A stretch of 64,000 nt of DNA from Nitrososphaeraceae archaeon (GCA_033272285.1 JASKBU010000088.1:8687-72686), one strand, 5' to 3'. Counted from the first letter of the stretch, positions 45,797 through 55,157 are shown. Notes: generated by a model from the letters alone, not told the origin. Made by a program: numbers and translations.

Positions 45797-45896
45797 CGCC
45801 GGGAGAGGGATTTGAACCCTCGAGACCTTCACAGGTCACAAGCTTTCAATATTCTATATTCCAGGCTTGCGCCCTACCAGGCTAGGCGACCCCGGC
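45797..45896 (-). tRNA. tRNA-Ser(GGA) with a 14-nt canonical intron
   Basis: Minus strand: GCCGGGG-TC-GCC-(11)-GGC-G-CAAGC-CTGGAA[TATAGAATATTGAA]A-GCTTG-TGACCTGTGAAGGTCTC (long variable arm)-GAGGG-TTCAAAT-CCCTC-TCCCGGC-G. The total is 100 nt: 86 mature plus 14 intron. Confidence 0.88.
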
Positions 45897-45991
45897 TCAG
45901 ATTCTACTCAATTTTTTCTTTATATTAACTATTAATTAACTAATTAATTGCAATCATTGTATTCTGTTCTTATAACTTGAATCATGAGAAA

Positions 45992-46150
45992 TTATTCTTC
46001 ATCGCTTAGGAGTTTTCCAGACATCATATCATATTCATTTATGTTATTATGTCCTAACTTCTCCACATGTTCTTCAACATCAGAACGAAATGAAAATGTA
46101 GATCTACAATCTTTACAAATCCAAATTGATCTCAGATCATAGTTTTTCAT
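45992..46150 (-). CDS. mini C2H2 zinc-finger protein (52 aa)
   Basis: Not in the ORF track. Sequence is MKNYDLRSIWICKDCRSTFSFRSDVEEHVEKLGHNNINEYDMMSGKLLSDEE. Pattern is C-x2-C-x12-H-x5-H. Confidence 0.6.
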   Translation of the reverse strand: MKNYDLRSIWICKDCRSTFSFRSDVEEHVEKLGHNNINEYDMMSGKLLSDEE

Positions 46151-46333
46151 TGGATGAATTTGAACTATAGAACATCCAATTTAAGCAATCAGGTAGGAAG
46201 TTACATATTATTCGTTAAATAAAATCTTTCTAAAGTATTAAGTAGTTGATTCTTTCGTAAAAAGAGGAAAGAGATAAAATTCGCAATTTATTCACGTAAA
46301 GTCTATAATATGCATCAATATTCTCAATATTAA

Positions 46334-46492
46334 TTGAGCACTGCATCCATCTCAGTTGATTGCAAAAGTAACAGGCACTTAGAATGTGCAGATTGTATGT
46401 GTAAATGCCATATTCCGGGTACTATGGAGAATTTAGCAAAGAAAATTGCTAAACTTGAAAAAGATACTCCTGGAGTTGGAGAAACACTCTAA
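46334..46492 (+). CDS. possible Cys-rich small ORF (TTG start)
   Basis: ..VDCKSNRHLECADCMCKCHIPG.. followed by a helical tail. Weak: non-ATG start and no known family. Confidence 0.25.
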   Translation: MSTASISVDCKSNRHLECADCMCKCHIPGTMENLAKKIAKLEKDTPGVGETL

Positions 46493-46525
46493 TTTTTCAC
46501 CAAACAATATTTGATTTTGCTGCCT

Positions 46526-47143
46526 TTAGACCCTATTCACCAAGTAGTCTTTTCCATTGTATGACAAACAAACAAGATAAAATTCACTACTTTTCTGTCT
46601 GCTTGCCTTGGGTTTACTCGTTATAACCTCCGAAAACACTTTGGAAGCCTCTTGTTTGACACTGCGAGAATTATTTCCCTCAAAAATTTTGAACACCGCC
46701 TTTCCACCTTTTTTTAAAAGTTTTGTTGACATTTTCAATGAAGTCAAAGTTAGTGAAATTTGTCTCTCGTGGTCGTAATGCCAGATTCCACTAACTTTAG
46801 GAGACAAGTCAGATAATACTACGTCAAAGGAAAATGGACATGCTTTATTTATGATTTGAATGATATTCAGATCTTCTATGTCAGCTTGAATTATGGAGGT
46901 ACCGGAAATTGGTTCAACTGGATCCATGTCCAGGCCAACAACCTTACCATTTGGTCCGGCTAATTTCGTTGATACTTGCAACCAACCACCCGGAGCACAG
47001 CCTATATCTAAAATGGTATCATTTAGTTTTAGCAAATTGTATTTTTTGTTAAGCTCTATTAGTTTGTATGAGGATCTACTACGATATCCTTGTTCTTTTG
47101 CTAATTTTCTATATTCGTCCCTTCTGGCGATATCTATTTTCAT
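46526..47143 (-). CDS. rlmE: 23S rRNA 2'-O-ribose methyltransferase RlmE/FtsJ
   Basis: YRSRSSYKLIEL and the DIGCAPGGW SAM-binding motif. Confidence 0.9.
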   Translation of the reverse strand: MKIDIARRDEYRKLAKEQGYRSRSSYKLIELNKKYNLLKLNDTILDIGCAPGGWLQVSTKLAGPNGKVVGLDMDPVEPISGTSIIQADIEDLNIIQIINKACPFSFDVVLSDLSPKVSGIWHYDHERQISLTLTSLKMSTKLLKKGGKAVFKIFEGNNSRSVKQEASKVFSEVITSKPKASRQKSSEFYLVCLSYNGKDYLVNRV

Positions 47144-47285
47144 ATGCCAATATTCATTTGATTTGTTTCATTGAGATTTTTAGATTTTGGTATTCTTGTA
47201 ACATGCATAGCACCATTCATCAATGTCCTGAGTGAATTTTCGTTATTTGATTTAGTAAAGACAGCAATCTAATAACTCCCAATCA

Positions 47286-47432
47286 CTATGTAAAGTATTT
47301 TTTCATAATGTTTTCCATCTTTAATTTTTCAATATCTTTATCGCCCAAAGTCTCTGGATGTTGTTGTTTCAAGTGCCTAAATGCAAACCTAACACTTTGT
47401 CCACAAAGTTTACACTTCGCTTTTCCAAACAT
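47286..47432 (-). CDS. mini C2H2-like zinc-finger protein (48 aa)
   Basis: Not in the ORF track. Sequence is MFGKAKCKLCGQSVRFAFRHLKQQHPETLGDKDIEKLKMENIMKKYFT. Pattern is C-x2-C-x9-H-x4-H. Confidence 0.55.
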   Translation of the reverse strand: MFGKAKCKLCGQSVRFAFRHLKQQHPETLGDKDIEKLKMENIMKKYFT

Positions 47433-47638
47433 TTAGGATAAGGTATCATAAAGAGTAATAAAAATTGCTAGTATTGCATTGAAACGATTCAACCTTACTA
47501 AATTATTAACTCAAGTATTAGCACTCATCAGTTACTTCAAATTACAATACAAGACTTGCGACGTATGTTTTCTATTATATTTATCTCATTAATGAAGAGG
47601 TCGATGTGACCCATGTAAAGCAGCAGTTTTGAATAATC

Positions 47639-47791
47639 TCAACCAATTCCAATTGGGGGCCTTTTATGTTCGCTGTGTTCCAAAAGTGTATGATAATTTA
47701 ACGTTTCAACATTTTCAAACGACTTTCCACAAATTTCACATTTACATGTGTTCAGCCCTCCAGCAGTTTTAGTCGACTGCCCAGTTGACAT
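47639..47791 (-). CDS. mini C2H2 zinc-finger protein (50 aa)
   Basis: Not in the ORF track. ..CKCEICGKSFENVETLNYHTLLEHSEH.. gives C-x2-C-x12-H-x4-H, with a GKSF core like classical eukaryotic fingers. Confidence 0.65.
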   Translation of the reverse strand: MSTGQSTKTAGGLNTCKCEICGKSFENVETLNYHTLLEHSEHKRPPIGIG

Positions 47792-47975
47792 GTTATTATA
47801 ATAGCGGTCATCGCAGATAAGGTTTTCATAATAAGATCGTCAAATCCATCTAATTACAATCCAAATGGCCAAATATGTCGTATTTGAAGGTGTTAGGCAA
47901 TCCAAAATTAAGTTTTGAATAATAAAATAAAGGATTCGAAAAACAAAAATAGGAAGGGAAAAAACTCATCTCTGC

Positions 47976-48143
47976 ATGCCGATAACTGATGCTAATAAGA
48001 AACAAATCGCCCAACAGAGAAGACTATTTTATAAAATATGTTTTGACTGCGGAGGAAAAAATCCCATACTTGCTTCAAGATGCAGAAAATGTCATGGAAA
48101 AAATATGAGACTTAAAAACAGGGCGTTAGGAGCAAAGAAGTAA
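47976..48143 (+). CDS. rpl40e: 50S ribosomal protein L40e
   Basis: Not in the ORF track (55 aa). Sequence is MPITDANKKQIAQQRRLFYKICFDCGGKNPILASRCRKCHGKNMRLKNRALGAKK. Confidence 0.9.
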   Translation: MPITDANKKQIAQQRRLFYKICFDCGGKNPILASRCRKCHGKNMRLKNRALGAKK

Positions 48144-48221
48144 AACATTATTTTTTCTTGTAGAATTTGGTGATTTGTTTAAGAATATATAAATATTATC
48201 AAGCTGAATTCTAATTATACT

Positions 48222-49733
48222 ATGCCGATTAGGACAGGAGAAGAGTATATTCAGAGCTTAAAAGGGCGTAAAATGAAGGTTTACCTGTTTGGTGAACTGG
48301 TAAAAGAACCTGTTGAACATCCATTGATAAGACCGTCAATTAATGCGGTAGCTGAAACGTACGATCTTGCTGACAAAGATCCTGAATTGGCATCAGCAGA
48401 ATCTTCACTTTCCGGTAATCATGTAAACAGATTTTTACACATTGTAGAAAATGCTGAAGATTTGGTTAATCAAAATAGAATGCAAAGAAAACTCGGGCAA
48501 CTTACAGGTACTTGTTTTCAAAGATGCGTGGGAATGGATGCACTAAATTCATTGTATTCAACGACATTTGAAATTGATAAAAAATTCGGAACACCCTACC
48601 ACGATCGTTTTAAAAAATTTGTAAGGAAAATGCAAGATGATAATCTTGTTATCGGCGGTGCCATGACCGATGTTAAGGGCGATAGAAGTCTTAGTCCGTC
48701 ACAGCAAGAAGACCCAGATCTATTTGTACATATTTCAAAGCGAGATGAAAAGGGTATTTACCTATCTGGTGCAAAAGCACATCAAACTGGTTGTATAAAT
48801 TCTCACTGGATACTGGTTATGCCTACGATGAGACTACGGGATGAAGATAAACAGTATGCAATTGTAGGAGCAATTCCAGCTGATGCAGAGGGTATAACGT
48901 ATATCTACGGAAGACAATCCTGTGATACTCGCAGTATGGAAGGTGGCGAATTGGATGCTGGAAATTCAAAATTTTCTGGACAGGAAGCAATGATTATTTT
49001 TGATAATGCGTTTATTCCAAATGAATTAATTTTCATGGATGGGGAGTTCGAATTCGCTTCAATGTTGGTTGAGAGGTTTACCTGTTACCATAGGCGTAGC
49101 TATGTTTGCAAGACAGGCCTGGGTGATGTTCTTATTGGGGCAGCTGCCTCAATAGCAGACTATAATGGAATCTCCAATGCCTCGCATATTAAAGACAAAC
49201 TTGTTGAAATGACCCACTTGAACGAAACCATCTTTGGCGCAGGTATCGCTTCGTCTTATCAAGCGCATAAAACATTGTCAGGAAATTATCAAAATGATGA
49301 CATGTTGGCAAATGTTTGTAAACACAACGTAACAAGGTTTCCTTATGAAATAGGTAGGCTTGCGCAGGATATAGCCGGTGGCCTGATGGTTACTATGCCT
49401 TCTGAGAAGGATTTCCGTAGTCCTGAAACAGGACCACTTCTTGAGAAATACTTGAAAGGCAGGAAAGGGGTTTCGACTGAAAATAGAATGCGTATTTTGA
49501 GACTCATTGAAAATATGACACTTGGACGAAATGCAGTTGGATATCTTACAGAGTCGATGCACGGCGCAGGTTCTCCTCAGGCACAAAGAATCCAAATTGC
49601 AAGACAGATGCAACTAGGATACAAGAAAAAACTTGCCAAAGATCTGGCCGGAGTTGATGAAGGAGAATCCGCACAAGTAGTCAATGAACAATCTGAATAT
49701 TTTGACAGAATATTCGGAGTAAATTCGACTTAG
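48222..49733 (+). CDS. abfD: 4-hydroxybutyryl-CoA dehydratase / vinylacetyl-CoA isomerase
   Basis: CFQRC (C-x3-C) and HRRSYVC (H-x6-C) match the [4Fe-4S] ligand pattern of AbfD. 503 aa. Confidence 0.93.
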   Translation: MPIRTGEEYIQSLKGRKMKVYLFGELVKEPVEHPLIRPSINAVAETYDLADKDPELASAESSLSGNHVNRFLHIVENAEDLVNQNRMQRKLGQLTGTCFQRCVGMDALNSLYSTTFEIDKKFGTPYHDRFKKFVRKMQDDNLVIGGAMTDVKGDRSLSPSQQEDPDLFVHISKRDEKGIYLSGAKAHQTGCINSHWILVMPTMRLRDEDKQYAIVGAIPADAEGITYIYGRQSCDTRSMEGGELDAGNSKFSGQEAMIIFDNAFIPNELIFMDGEFEFASMLVERFTCYHRRSYVCKTGLGDVLIGAAASIADYNGISNASHIKDKLVEMTHLNETIFGAGIASSYQAHKTLSGNYQNDDMLANVCKHNVTRFPYEIGRLAQDIAGGLMVTMPSEKDFRSPETGPLLEKYLKGRKGVSTENRMRILRLIENMTLGRNAVGYLTESMHGAGSPQAQRIQIARQMQLGYKKKLAKDLAGVDEGESAQVVNEQSEYFDRIFGVNST

Positions 49734-49855
49734 TTTTTACCAAGTTCAGATATATTAAATTTGACTTGTATGTTTGTGTAGATCTTTTTTTGTGTATTTC
49801 TTGATCTATCGGAACGTTAATTATGTAGTAGGATAGGATATGAAAACCAGCGATT

Positions 49856-50386
49856 ATGAACGATGCAGAGTTTAAAAATCTAGTTAGAAGTTGGAATGAC
49901 TTTCCCACAAAAGGAATTTCATTCAAGGACATAAATCCACTTCTAAGAACCCCCGATTCAATGTATTACCTTAATGAAAAGTTGTCCGAAATTTGTGCCA
50001 ATATACAAATAAACAAAATTGCAGCTATCGAAGCAAGAGGATTTGTTGTAGGATCTCTTCTTGCAACAAGCCAGAGCAAGGGATTAGTCCTAATTAGAAA
50101 AGAAGGTAAATTACCGGGGCCGACGATTAAAGAATCCTATAGTATCGAATATGGGACTAGGGTTATGGAAATTCAAGAAGATGCTATATTAAAGGGCGAA
50201 AGAGTTCTGATAGCAGACGACTTGCTTGCAACAGGAGGTACTGCCGTTGCGGCAGCTTCGCTTGTAGAAAAATTAGGAGGCACAGTAGTTGGATTTGTGT
50301 TTATCATTTGTTTGAATTTTTTGGATGGTTTGGATACATTGAAGAGTAAAGGTTACGATGTTAGATGTATGATGGAGTTTGAATAA
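49856..50386 (+). CDS. apt: adenine phosphoribosyltransferase
   Basis: PRPP-binding motif VLIADDLLATGGT. Confidence 0.92.
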   Translation: MNDAEFKNLVRSWNDFPTKGISFKDINPLLRTPDSMYYLNEKLSEICANIQINKIAAIEARGFVVGSLLATSQSKGLVLIRKEGKLPGPTIKESYSIEYGTRVMEIQEDAILKGERVLIADDLLATGGTAVAAASLVEKLGGTVVGFVFIICLNFLDGLDTLKSKGYDVRCMMEFE

Positions 50387-50387
50387 C

Positions 50388-51188
50388 ATGCAAAATTATC
50401 ATGCCGAAATTGGTATAATAGGCGGAACCGGTACCTATAACACTGAATTACTGACTAATGCAGAAACAGTAAAGATCTTTACTCCTTATGGAAGTACATC
50501 GGATCTAATTACTATTGGAGAATACAACGGCAGATCCGTTGCTTTTATTCCTCGTCATGGTAAAGGACATACTCTTCCTCCACACAGGGTTAACAGTAGG
50601 GCAAACATATGGGCTCTACATTCATTAGGTGTGTCGAGAATCATTGCTCCATCAGCGGTGGGAAGTCTTCAGGATGCCTATAAGCCTGGTGATATTGTAC
50701 TCCCTGATCAATTCATCGATTTTACTAAAGGAAGAGACTATACTTTTTATGATGAGGGGAAGGTATGCCACGTATCATGCGCAGACCCTTTTTGTAATGA
50801 ATTGAGAGAAGTTTTTCTAAATGTTGGTAAACAACTAAATACTAAAGTGCATAACGGCTCTAATTATATTTGTATAGAAGGGCCGCGCTTTTCAACACGA
50901 GCAGAATCAAAATATTTTAGAGAGATATTACATGGCGATATAATTGGAATGACACTGGTACCGGAATGTGTACTGGCACGTGAAATGGAAATATGCTACG
51001 TATCAATAGCTACGGTTACTGACTATGATGTTTGGTATGAAAATCCTGTTTCCTCCAAGGAAATTCTTGGGGTGTTGACCAAAAACGCCAATAAAATAAA
51101 AGAATTACTTGCAGCGTTCATTCCGTCAATTCCAATTTCTCGAAACAAATGCAAATGCGGAAATGCATTGCACGATGCTATGGTTTGA
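50388..51188 (+). CDS. mtnP: S-methyl-5'-thioadenosine phosphorylase
   Basis: GIIGGTG..., RHGKGH, and PNP-family core. The ATG at 50388 starts 1 nt after the apt stop. The listed TTG at 50379 is less likely. Confidence 0.9.
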   Translation: MQNYHAEIGIIGGTGTYNTELLTNAETVKIFTPYGSTSDLITIGEYNGRSVAFIPRHGKGHTLPPHRVNSRANIWALHSLGVSRIIAPSAVGSLQDAYKPGDIVLPDQFIDFTKGRDYTFYDEGKVCHVSCADPFCNELREVFLNVGKQLNTKVHNGSNYICIEGPRFSTRAESKYFREILHGDIIGMTLVPECVLAREMEICYVSIATVTDYDVWYENPVSSKEILGVLTKNANKIKELLAAFIPSIPISRNKCKCGNALHDAMV

Positions 51189-51483
51189 ATTGATTTTTGG
51201 TCACAGGGTCGACTAGGACTATTTCTCCTTCAACAAGTTTTCGTTGTAATGTTAGTTGGAAACTTTCGGTATCATAACCAAATTCCTCCAGTTTGGTTAG
51301 AGTTTTTTTTGTCAAATTCAGACTAATATTATGACCCCCAATCCTTCCAAAGGCAATTGCATTGAATTTAAATTTCGTATTTCTGACAATAAAGTAACCC
51401 TTTAATTTACTTGCATACTGCCCTCCCTGAGATTTTTCTACAAATATTTTCGGATCGTCAGAAGGGTATGAGTCACGAATCAC
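51178..51483 (-). CDS. hypothetical protein (third gene of the wHTH-led operon)
   Basis: 101 aa. ATGA overlap with the upstream ORF. The 3' end overlaps the mtnP 3' end by 11 nt. No motif. Confidence 0.55.
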   Translation of the reverse strand: MIRDSYPSDDPKIFVEKSQGGQYASKLKGYFIVRNTKFKFNAIAFGRIGGHNISLNLTKKTLTKLEEFGYDTESFQLTLQRKLVEGEIVLVDPVTKNQFKP

Positions 51484-51893
51484 TTTGGATGAGCCTCATC
51501 CGTTATTTCGATACTGCGATTTATATTCTTGGAAACCAGAAAACTCCACCAGTTGTCATCTACTATCTTGTAATCAGAAACATCTACACTTACTGTGGTT
51601 TCGTCATCAGTGTCAATAAAAGAGAACTTGCCATCTTTAGTTATTCTTATTAGTTTCCACCGTTCTTTACCTACCCTATTTCTGTTTATAGCAACAGCCC
51701 ATTCTTGACCTTCTTCAATAGATGGCATACCGATGTAGTCTACGATTTCCAAAATACCCAATCTTTTCTCTTCGCAAAACATTTTCTTGTTTACTACATT
51801 TCTCCAAATATCAACGGCTCCTATTGTCTTGTTATTTTCATTAATATTAATAACCCCAAAATATACCACCTTATTGTCAGGAACGGTCGACAT
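51480..51893 (-). CDS. hypothetical protein (second gene of the wHTH-led operon)
   Basis: 137 aa with a beta-rich composition and no motif. Confidence 0.55.
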   Translation of the reverse strand: MSTVPDNKVVYFGVININENNKTIGAVDIWRNVVNKKMFCEEKRLGILEIVDYIGMPSIEEGQEWAVAINRNRVGKERWKLIRITKDGKFSFIDTDDETTVSVDVSDYKIVDDNWWSFLVSKNINRSIEITDEAHPK

Positions 51894-51917
51894 TCCACAC
51901 TATTGATTCTAATTGCC

Positions 51918-52262
51918 TTATTTAGTTCTTGCAGATTCCTGCATTCTTTCCAGAGACGAGGCAAGACTATCAATTTGAAGGTTCTTCTTAAATTCTATAC
52001 CCATTTTTTGGCAGTGCCGACGATAAGCGTTTATTATTGAAAATTTCGGATGAAATGTCTGATACTTGCCGGACAGCTCAAGTATTAACCCTTTTTCTAA
52101 TAAATCACAAAGTTCTTGCTCAGAATCTTCCAAAGTGAGTTTTAGCGCTGCCGAAATACTTGCTACTGTTGATTCCCCGTTGATTATTAAAAATAGGAAA
52201 ATTTGTGCTTCCTTGTCTGTTAGATTAATCTTTGAAATTAGAGCTTCCTTTATGTTGTCCAT
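51918..52262 (-). CDS. TrmB-like winged-helix transcription regulator
   Basis: LTDKEAQIFLFLIINGESTVASISAALKLTLEDSEQELCDLLEKGLI is a TrmB-type HTH. Confidence 0.65.
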   Translation of the reverse strand: MDNIKEALISKINLTDKEAQIFLFLIINGESTVASISAALKLTLEDSEQELCDLLEKGLILELSGKYQTFHPKFSIINAYRRHCQKMGIEFKKNLQIDSLASSLERMQESARTK

Positions 52263-52379
52263 CCAGCATCAGGTCGAATTTATTTTTCATTTGGTACTCT
52301 CCTATTTACGTTGTCTGTCACAGAGGTTATATTTGATTGGCAGTAACAAAAGGTCTAGTATCCATGATAAGAAAATGGC

Positions 52380-53285
52380 TCAGAATGATAAAATCTCTTT
52401 ATATTTTTCATGCCTCTGTTTTATGTCTTTATTACCAATATTGACTAATCTTTGAATTCCATAATCTTCAATCGCAAATGAACCCAGAATGTTTCCATGA
52501 ATCATCGCATTTTTCAGGGATTTTGAATTTATTTGTCCGTTTGTGCACAAATGACCCATAAAAGCGCCACCAAAAGAATCACCGGCACCGGTAGGATCTT
52601 TTATAATTTCAGTCGGATATCCTGGAATAGGATAAAATTCATTTTCATAAAAAAGTAGTGATCCATTTTCTCCCTTATTTATCAAGGCGAAAGAAGGACC
52701 ATTTGAGACTAGTAATCGGGCACATTTCAAGATGCTATTTTCTTTAAATAACAATCTAGCCTCTGATTCGTTTAATATTATTCCATCGACTCTATTTATC
52801 ATCTTGATTACTTCGTCTCTCTTGTTCAAGATCCAAAAATCCATAGTATCACAAATTACTAACTTTGGATGGGAAAACTGATCTAACAGACTCAAATTTT
52901 GAACAGGATCATTATTTGCAAGATAAACATATTCTGATTCAACAAATTCTTTTGGTACTGTAGATTTGTAATTTGCAACTACATTTAACTCTGTTTTGTT
53001 AGTGGTCCTCTTGTAGAGATCATAACCAAAAGATGAATCGTAATGAAATGTCTTTTGCGTTTCACTAATTGACAATCCTCTGATGTCAAGACGATTTTTC
53101 AATATGTCCATATATGATACTGGAAAATCATTACCTACAATGCCAACTATCGATGTAGGTACGTAATTTGATGCTGCAATTGATGCAAAAGTAGCAGTGC
53201 CTCCCAGAGTCCTTTCAACAGTATGAAATGGGGTACGAGTGGTATCTAGTGCAACAGTTCCAAATACAGTTAGCATGCAGTTCAA
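52380..53285 (-). CDS. PfkB-family sugar/nucleoside kinase
   Basis: DPTGAGDSFGGAF signature and an N-terminal GG motif. Confidence 0.85.
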   Translation of the reverse strand: MNCMLTVFGTVALDTTRTPFHTVERTLGGTATFASIAASNYVPTSIVGIVGNDFPVSYMDILKNRLDIRGLSISETQKTFHYDSSFGYDLYKRTTNKTELNVVANYKSTVPKEFVESEYVYLANNDPVQNLSLLDQFSHPKLVICDTMDFWILNKRDEVIKMINRVDGIILNESEARLLFKENSILKCARLLVSNGPSFALINKGENGSLLFYENEFYPIPGYPTEIIKDPTGAGDSFGGAFMGHLCTNGQINSKSLKNAMIHGNILGSFAIEDYGIQRLVNIGNKDIKQRHEKYKEILSF

Positions 53286-53324
53286 TCGATAACAACAATA
53301 AATAAGTGTTCAACAATATTTTTG

Positions 53325-53906
53325 ATGTTGGTGTCAGAGGCAAGATATGATAAAATAGTGATTGGATTTTCTGGAGCATCAGGTATTATTTATGGAATTA
53401 GGCTCTTGGAGGTTCTGCATTCCATTAATTTTCAGACCTATCTTATAATCAGTGAATGGGCGAAAAAAAACATAGTTATTGAAACCACCAAAACACTAGA
53501 GTATGTGAAATCTCTTTCTTCAGTAAACTATGATAATTCTAAACTCGATGCCTCTGTGTCAAGCGGCTCATTTTTACATGATGGAATGGTAATAGTACCA
53601 TGTAGTATGAAATCACTTTCGAGTATCGCAAACGGATACGATGATACACTGATTTCCCGTGCTGCCTCAGTTACTTTAAAGGAATCACGGAAGTTGATCT
53701 TAGTTCCACGCGAAACTCCTCTCTCCAGAATTCACCTTGAGAACATGATCAAAGTACAGGAGGCCGGTGCAATTATCCTTCCGGCTATGCCCGGCTTTTA
53801 TCACAATCCTTCATCCATTGATCAAATTGTCGATCATTTGGTTGGAAAGATTCTTGATCAACTAAAAATAAAACACGAATTGTTCAAGAGATGGAAAGAT
53901 CAATAA
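53325..53906 (+). CDS. ubiX: flavin prenyltransferase UbiX
   Basis: GFSGASGIIYG and VPCSMKSLSSIANG motifs. The ATG is one codon after the listed TTG. Confidence 0.9.
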   Translation: MLVSEARYDKIVIGFSGASGIIYGIRLLEVLHSINFQTYLIISEWAKKNIVIETTKTLEYVKSLSSVNYDNSKLDASVSSGSFLHDGMVIVPCSMKSLSSIANGYDDTLISRAASVTLKESRKLILVPRETPLSRIHLENMIKVQEAGAIILPAMPGFYHNPSSIDQIVDHLVGKILDQLKIKHELFKRWKDQ

Positions 53907-53967
53907 AAATCAAAAAGACCTTTGGATAGATAATATTTACTCTTAATGAAAAATTATATGTAAATAT

Positions 53968-54555
53968 CTAATTTTCCCACAATTGTAATTTTTCAATTTT
54001 TGCTCGTCTCTTTGCTTGATAGAGCATCTCATATACTGATTTGTGAGATCTCCCATTGATTAGTAACATTATTGCATCGATAGCAAGCTTTGTTTCTTCA
54101 TAGTCGCCTATCAGCCCTACCGTGTGCCCATATATTGAAATAAACGTGTTTGTTAATTCCTCTATATTCTTTCTTGCTTTGCCCTTTTCACCAATAATTC
54201 TTCCTTTGACCCTATTTGTAGAATTGGTTGTTGTTGTAAAATTACGTAGATCCAAAATTTGAAACAATGTTTCCTCTTTTAAAATTCTAAAAGCTCTTTC
54301 CGGCGAAAAACCACTAGAAATTGCACTGATAATGTCGCGTGCCTTGAGAGCACCATATTCATCGAAATCTTTAGAGGTTGAAGATATTGTTATTTCGCCA
54401 GTTTTGCTTTCAATTTCAATCTTCACATTGCACTTTTTACAAATTTCATTTTTTGTTTTTCCCTTGTTTCCTATTACTACGGGAATCCGTTCTTCCTGTA
54501 TATGTAATGTTAAACTCAGATGATCTTTATTGTCCAAATAAGAAAACCTATACAA
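53968..54555 (-). CDS. KH-domain RNA-binding protein (Dim2/Pno1-like)
   Basis: Two KH GxxG-type motifs, VIGNKGKTK and IIGEKGKARK. Confidence 0.75.
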   Translation of the reverse strand: MYRFSYLDNKDHLSLTLHIQEERIPVVIGNKGKTKNEICKKCNVKIEIESKTGEITISSTSKDFDEYGALKARDIISAISSGFSPERAFRILKEETLFQILDLRNFTTTTNSTNRVKGRIIGEKGKARKNIEELTNTFISIYGHTVGLIGDYEETKLAIDAIMLLINGRSHKSVYEMLYQAKRRAKIEKLQLWEN

Positions 54556-54619
54556 AATTTTGATGTTTAATTATTTATTCATTTATTTGCTAAACTAAGG
54601 GTACCTTATCGAATTTGAA

Positions 54620-54964
54620 TTAATAGGATTGGGTGAATCTGTAAATCATGAGAAATGGAACATCTGAAAAGTACTTGACACTTGCCCTCTTTGCTAAATT
54701 CATTTCAATTGCCTTGTTCACCGTATCCTCACCGGCCAGGTTTGAAATTGATGATTTTTTCAGGTAGGATTCAATTTCATTTTCATCTGCAATTTTATCC
54801 ATCCAGTAATTTTTTTTCATATTTATCGTGATTTCTCCATGATTGATTTGTTTATCTATGAGATTGAGATCGCATACATTTACCATAAGAGAGTTTTGGT
54901 ATTTTACAGTTCTAATTGCATATCTTAATGACTGGTTTTTAGAGCTACTGGTCTCCATTATCAA
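54620..54964 (-). CDS. DUF424-like protein
   Basis: 114 aa. ..MVNVCDLNLIDK...GEITI... resembles my recollection of archaeal DUF424. Confidence 0.5.
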   Translation of the reverse strand: MIMETSSSKNQSLRYAIRTVKYQNSLMVNVCDLNLIDKQINHGEITINMKKNYWMDKIADENEIESYLKKSSISNLAGEDTVNKAIEMNLAKRASVKYFSDVPFLMIYRFTQSY

Positions 54965-55157
54965 ACAATATTCAACAAGATAAATTAGATAAGTTTTTTT
55001 GTTTATTTTTTTTGCAGCAAGGTAAATTATAGGACTTTGTAAGATACATCAAACAATGTTATCTATTATTCTTTCAATCATTCTTACTAAAAAATAACAC
55101 TATTATTGGACCATCAGATTAATTAGATGCACTTACATACTTAAGGAGTAGAAAAGA

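Noticed and set aside
45205-45896. Integrated element at the tRNA-Ser 3' end, with the RTX and acidic genes as cargo.
   Set aside because: There is no integrase or recombinase, I did not find a duplicated tRNA 3' segment, and the base composition looks like the rest of the window.
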